Origin: Macrostomum hystrix
Taxonomy: Eukaryota > Animalia > Platyhelminthes
Length of the DNA stretch: 64,000 nucleotides
Assembly: GCA_950097015.1 (NCBI GenBank)
Contig: CATNEN010000011.1
Span: 2,790,001 to 2,854,000 of the forward strand
Reading direction: 5' to 3'
Part shown: one piece after another, positions 57,890-64,000 of the stretch
Layout: each line of letters opens with the position of its first letter
Numbering within the stretch: the first letter of the stretch is position 1
The notes under the pieces: generated by a model
What the model was told of the DNA's origin: nothing
The model's input: the letters and a program-made list of their open reading frames with translations, nothing else
The model's database searches: none
Program-made: the position numbers and the translations under genes

Positions 57890-58794
57890 ATTCGCTTCGA
57901 AATGCAACATTTGTATATATAGAGCATTCTTGTAGTTCTACTTTGCTGTTATACAATAATACATGTATTTTATGTGCGTTTTTGACAACTTTGGTTTCCA
58001 GGAATCCATTTTAATGTAGACAGTAGATAGATAGAGAACATTTTTATATTGACTGACAAATGGAAGTGAAAACTGGTCAATGCTTCATCACTTAACAGTA
58101 GAAAAACCAAATGAAAAATGTTCGCAGATGAAAGTATATGAAATACCACGTAGTATACTAATAAACTAAAATTTTGGTCCATTAATGCGTTTGAATAAGA
58201 GACATTTTAATTATAACTAGTTTCCTTTTATAGAAAGGTCAATATTTTCAAAAATTCATGTTTTGTTATTGTGAAATTGTTATTATTTACCTGTTTCTAA
58301 AATAACTTCTGCTTTTTAATGTTTTTTTGCTTTTTGTGTTTTCGTTGTTAAAAAACAGAATTGCGCATGCTACAGATTTTGCTGCAAGGTTTTGACTTCC
58401 ATATACAAATGTCTTTTTTGCTGATCACTTATCCATGATGGACACCTGTGTTGTCAATTGGTCTCATTCATTTTCGCATTCATTCAAACAAACACTTTCA
58501 ATCAGCAATACCTATGAACAATGCGACTTTAGATTTTCATTTTTAATCAATCGCATCAATTGCAATGTACTATGCTACGTTTCTGTCAATTTAATTGATT
58601 TTGAATATAAAATTTAATTTACATATTCATTGTCCATTGAAATGTGACGTGAGTGAAAATACATAAAACACGGTGCGCTATGCAATTAATGCTTCACTGA
58701 TTGTGGTATTAAAAACATGTTTCCAGTTTTACTTGTCAGCTTGGTGTAGCATCTAAAATATTAGTTTTTTTCTGTCGTATTTTTGTCATTTCTT

Positions 58795-59370
58795 AGAATC
58801 TCAGCAAGAACCATTGCCAGAATCGCAGCAAGAACCATTGCTAGAATCGCCGCAAGAATCATTGCTAGAATCGCAGCAAGAACCATTGCCAGAATCGCAG
58901 CAAGAACCACTGCCAGAATCGCAGCAAGAACCACTGCCAGAATCGCAGCAAGAACCATTGCCAGAATCGCAGCAAGAACCATTGCCAGAATCGCAGCAAG
59001 AACCATTGCCAGAATCGCAGCAAGAACCATTGCCAGAATCTCAGCAAGAACCATTGCCAGAATCTCAGCAAGAACCATTGCCAGAATCTCAGCAAGAACC
59101 ATTGCCAGAATCGCCGCAAGAACCGTTGCCAGAATCGCAGCAAGAACCATTGCCAGAATCGCAGCAAGAACCATTGCCAGAATCGCAGCAAGAACCATTG
59201 CCAGAATCGCCGCAAGAACCATTGCCAGAATCGCAGCAAGAACCATTGCCAGAATCGCAGCAAGAACCACTGCCAGAATCGCAGCAAGAACCACTGCCAG
59301 AATCTCAGCAAGAACCATTGCTAGAATCTCAGCAAGAACCATTGCCAGAATCTCAGCAAGAACCACTGCC
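58795..59370 (+). repeat. 24-bp minisatellite (ccagaatcgcagcaagaaccattg)n
   Basis: Tandem units. Confidence 0.95.
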
Positions 59371-60207
59371 AGTACCAAAAATGGCATTCGTAGTCTACAT
59401 ATCACTGCTCAATAGTCTCGTACATTTTACACGCACCTTTGGTATACGCATTGCAATAAAATTAAGTATTATTGTTCTAACTGCACTACTCACAAATTGT
59501 TAAGTATAGGACGCAATTATCATATTTCTAGCAATATTTTTTTAATTTTCGTTTGAGTGAAATCGCTCGTATTAGAAAAACATTATATACCTATCCCTAG
59601 CTAGTACACAGGTTACGAGCCTAAGAGGACGAGTGTTTCGTGAATGTTCCCTTTTTAATTGCTGACTCGCCATATCTCACACTGGTAAAAACGGTCGACA
59701 AAGGCTTTCAATAACGGAAACGAGGAATTGTCTTCATCATTCCTTCAAACTGACAAGCATGGAAAATGAATCGAATTTCTCTAATTTTTCGACTCCGTGG
59801 ACACAGTTTATGCATTTACGAATCTACATGCTTATGTTTATAAATGTAAATTCATATAATTTACAAGGCTAAAGGCTAATTCCAATTGCCTGAATTAAAT
59901 TAATGAATTAAATCATGGATGCATTAAATCTGATGGATCATTTAAACTAGAGAAACTTTTATTTCAAAATTTTCCTGAATATTTTACATTTCATCGAGCA
60001 TGAATCATATGTAAGCTTTGTGAAATTTTGAGTCAGCAATTGCCTTGACTTGTTTAAACAAGAAAATGATTGGTGTTTACACATTCTAGGATTATTTGTT
60101 CAGTTAAAAGTTAGCATTATTGAAACTGAAGGTGGAAACAAGGCACGAGCCTTTTAAATGAAGCCTTTCTACTGCTCTACTAGCTTTGTCTAAGCCTTAC
60201 AAACACA

Positions 60208-60684
60208 ATGCTGCCCACACTCAGTGCCACCTTCCTGCTGTGCTGCCTCGCTGCAGCGGTGGTGGCACAGCCCTACTTTGAAGCACCCATCCCGCTGCTG
60301 AAGTTCTTGAGGGTGATCAGAGTTCGTGGCTGTCCCCTCACAGTCTACTTTCACACCGCCACCAATAGCTTTCATTTGGCCCCTGCGTTCTGTGTCACAG
60401 TCGATGCTGAAGCATTGCTGTCTAGACTCAAATGCAATGCGTTCGATCCCTCAATAGTGAGCTCTCATTTAAATGTGCCATTGGTTGTCACGGACTCTGC
60501 GTTTCTGTCGGAAGCTAGAACAATCTTGGCTCCACTTCTGCACAACGGCACGCTGGAATTCCTGCAGACGGAGAATATTGTTGCGACGAACCCACTGACG
60601 ACATTGAAGATGATTCAGCGAGAAGATCAGTTGATCTGTGAGCTTCGGCTACACCTTGTCTGCACGAGTGCTGCGTCGATATGA
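60208..60684 (+). CDS. Predicted secreted orphan protein, 158 aa (possibly first exon of a larger gene)
   Basis: Clear signal peptide MLPTLSATFLLCCLAAAVVA|Q; coding-like composition; no family recognised. Confidence 0.5.
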   Translation: MLPTLSATFLLCCLAAAVVAQPYFEAPIPLLKFLRVIRVRGCPLTVYFHTATNSFHLAPAFCVTVDAEALLSRLKCNAFDPSIVSSHLNVPLVVTDSAFLSEARTILAPLLHNGTLEFLQTENIVATNPLTTLKMIQREDQLICELRLHLVCTSAASI

Positions 60685-61767
60685 TGTGAGCAGGGCGGAA
60701 CAGAATTGTTATCTTTTGTGAAGTGTCAGCAAGTAAAAATATACATTTTAGTTCATAGTTAAAGAATATACTCCCTTTTTAGAACAAGAGTAAAACAAAC
60801 TAATATATACTTTAAGCTTGGATTTTTGTTTCAACGTTTTGCGAAAATCCGGAATGCTACAAAATTTTAGAATGCAGATTGACAGCGAACAACAGTACAT
60901 GCTAGAAGAAGTCTGTCTGGCATACACCGTGCTAGTGAAAGGCCCTGAGCATGATGGAATCACACTGGAACAACACGTGTCACTCGCACACAGTAGTCAA
61001 ATTCCGCTGATCCACTGGATCGCTTTGAGCGAGATCTAATTTTGTAGAAATTTGAATGAATACGAAGACCTTGCCAAAAAATTCAACATCGGCGGGTTGA
61101 TACTGCACGACGCTAAAACTTGGAATCGATTACTGACTTTGCCTAGGTTCTATATGTATAGTGGTCGGTACAAAACTCATTTAGGCTACAATGGACTAAA
61201 GGACAAAGCTAATTAGACTGGGAGGGGCAGAGGTCGGAGAGTGAAAAAGGTGGCGTTTGTGGGGCCAAGGGCCGACCCTAAATCCCTCGAGCAAGACTGT
61301 TCGTCGAATCCTATTGGTCCCAACGAAGGTAAAGTCATGCAGCTCTGAGTCTAGAAACTGGACAGACAACTCCCCAAACCCCATTTTCATGAACAGTGTA
61401 GGCTGACTGCCTGTCCTGAAAATACACTGGGCAGATAGGAAATTCTGATCCACGACTTGGAACAAAACACTGACAACTTCCGCATCATATCTGGAAGATG
61501 GAAATGGGGTTGGGCGGGGAGTTTTCACTCCAGTTTCTAGATTCAGAGCTCCATGGGGAGCCTACTCCTGCGGTTGTGTCCAGGACTCAGCTAGATTTAT
61601 ATGGAGAGACAATGAAGATATTGCTAACCACAGAGCCTGACCAGGTCCACACAGGCCAATGCATCTGCTTTGAGTACTGAAAGCAACCTTGCTCATTATA
61701 TATAGTAGCATTTTTGAATTGTATGGTCCACTTTTCTTCCGCTCTTCGTTTGTATGTGATCTCAGGA

Positions 61768-62663
61768 GGAACATTCAATGGTTTGCCCGACTCGAGTTAT
61801 GGCACGAGATGAAAATGCACGATGGCTCTCACTGCCTGTATAGAAACCGTGTCGTAGTCTTAGGGAAAAGGGAAGCGGATCGGAGGATCGCACCTCATCT
61901 CGAATCGGTAACTGCAGATACGGAAGTACAAGACGATATGTCTCGACTGGCAAGATATTTTAAAGGCCCTTTATTGCCTGTCTTTGATCCAATCGATGGG
62001 CTGCTGTGCATCAAGCCGAACTTCAAGCGCATCCTCGACCCGATGCCAGACTCGCTGTGCGCCATCGAGTGCAGCCGCCAGCCCAACTGCCAGGCCTTCA
62101 GCACAGCCGGTGGATACTGCGAGCTCTTCCTGTTCGACAAGTGCAGCCTGGGTGTCCGCGACTGCAACTGCACCCAACGCGGCCGAGTGTTTGTGCGCCG
62201 ACGAGAGGGGCTCTCACCGGGACAGCTGTGCCCCGATGGATTCGGACACGACCTCTGCGGGGTGAAGTACAAGCTGACGGAGGAGAGAGTCGACTGGCCG
62301 ACTGCCAGGAACCGCATTGAGTCCCAGCCGGGCCTCGTGATCATGGCTGACGTGATGGACTCGGCTGAGCTGCAGCACATCGTGCGAAAATTCATCGCAA
62401 GGGCCTACTACCGTGTTTTATGTCTTGGGGGAGCTCAGCAACCAGGTGCCGAGGAGCCTGCTGGTGGCTGGTTCTGGGTCAGCTGTAAGCGACCGATTTC
62501 CAATTCAACTGAGCTTTGGCACAGCGGCGAGCCAAACAACGAGTACGGGGACGAGAGCATCCTAATGATTGCGACAGATAATCAGAAACTAAATGACTTT
62601 AATCCGCAAGGCGCTTTCTCGAATTATTTCCTCAGCGAGTGCGTGTCGATCCCTTTTGACTGA
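61768..62663 (+). CDS. PAN/apple-like + C-type lectin domain protein (terminal exon)
   Basis: CAIECSRQPNCQAFS...CELF (PAN-like), then CPDGF...VDWPTAR...WFW...WHSGEPNN...LNDF (CTL with EPN, but some canonical Cys missing). Probable acceptor at gtgatctcag ~61767. Confidence 0.7.
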
Positions 62664-64000
62664 ATGTCAGACATACTGTGACAGCGAGAAAGTGGCATCC
62701 GGTGCGAAATATTTCATGTGAGTTTGCTAACATTGATGGGTGCTTTAGAAATAGTTTTGTCAAGTAAGTCGGTATGCATCTAAAGTTCATCTACTCCACA
62801 AAAATAATCAAGTTTCTTAATTAATAACAACTGTTTTATGTCTTGGCGAATTTGCATGGGGTTTTGCATCAAGCTATTTTTTGTTTTGTAATCACGGCAA
62901 CTATACATTCTACTTTCTACTTTCTACTTACTGTTGTCATATCTTGGATTATAACTAATAAAAGTAATTTAGAAAAAAAGCATTATAGTTTTTGCTACTA
63001 TATAATTGTAGTCTGCGTCTAAACAACACGAAAAATGGCTACATAATATTAATAAATCCAGCTATATGGCTCCTCTAGGAACCACATCCAGAGATGATGA
63101 CATTGTATCAATACACAATGAGTTTTGGTCAGGGGTCCCTTAACCAGCCCAAGTTATTTTCTTATTTATTCAGGTTGACATGTTTTTGAGCCCTATATAT
63201 TTTCTCGCATTCTACGAAGTACTATAGTTCCAGTAAATTATATAATATTAGTCAAACAATCAATGTTGTCACGCAGTTTTTTTACCTAAATTAAACAGAA
63301 AACGATATTTTTGAAACTTATTCCCGAGAGTCAGCTGTCAATAAGGCTGTTTATTATTTCGTCGATTTAAAGCCCATTCTACACCTACTATATATACCTG
63401 TCTTTTTAATCTGGCTTGTTTTTGTAGTGCTTTTAACTGCCCGACAGGAAGTATGAAAGTTTTTGTAAAGCCATTAATAAAGTTTCTGATAGTTTCTGAA
63501 ATTAATAAACACATGCCGATTCAAAATCTGCATGATGTCTGATGTCTCCGCAAATCATGAATTTTTTCTTCGACATGTTTTTTTCGGAGCAGCATTTCAC
63601 ATAGCAAAAATGTTTTTATCTCTTGATTCAGTTTTTTTTTCTGGTACTCTCGAATCTCCTTTTCACAGATTATTATTTTTTGCGTTTCATGTTTTGATTT
63701 CTTCATTAGATTTAAGTTTTCATTAAACTTATATTTTTTAGTTTGAATACTTACGACTATGCAGATAATAAAATATTGCATGCTTTTATTGCGAAAACAA
63801 ATTTATAAACCTTAAAACACATAGTCCGCGATTATTACAAAAACAATCTGATAAAAAGCATCCGATATTTATTGAATAAAAATCTCTTTGACGACGTGTG
63901 TACTTATTTATTGACTATCATTTTTTTCGTACTTTTAAAAAATTTCTTACGTGACTTGTGAAAATTTGTCAATAACGTTTTTGTCTCAATGCGCAATCAC

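Noticed and set aside
15170-59370. CRISPR-like arrays
   Set aside because: Head-to-tail tandem units with no unique spacers, no cas genes, and a eukaryotic spliced-gene context.
58761-59503. (PESQQEPL)n / (ARIAARTI)n proteins
   Set aside because: 24-bp unit nearly stop-free in all frames; open frames on both strands indicate an artefact.

Overview
Repeat-rich eukaryotic (invertebrate-looking; host not determinable from sequence alone) genomic window. The dominant object is an apparently intact, very young 12.1-kb Ty3/gypsy-type LTR retroelement on the minus strand (905-13022). It has seemingly identical 1028-bp LTRs, a 4-bp TSD, a tRNA-Val-like PBS and a PPT, and it is inserted into a decayed Tc1-like transposase. 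Its architecture is highly unusual. One uninterrupted ~2560-aa ORF reads Gag(CCHC) - disordered spacer - internal signal peptide + herpes-gB-like class III envelope protein + TM anchor - PR - RT - RNaseH - IN, so env lies in frame BETWEEN gag and pol. Two paralogous double-RING-finger accessory ORFs follow before the 3' LTR. The rest of the window holds host genes: PRKX-like kinase (3 exons, minus), Mint/X11/LIN-10 (7 coding exons, plus), a small four-TM protein, a PAN + C-type lectin ORF and several orphan ORFs. Most of their long introns are filled with distinct 16-35-bp minisatellites. There is also an intact 3.7-kb hAT transposon with perfect 8-bp TSD, two MITEs, tRNA-derived SINEs, a tandem array of tRNA-like units and a local fold-back duplication. 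All identifications are by eye; no database searches were run.
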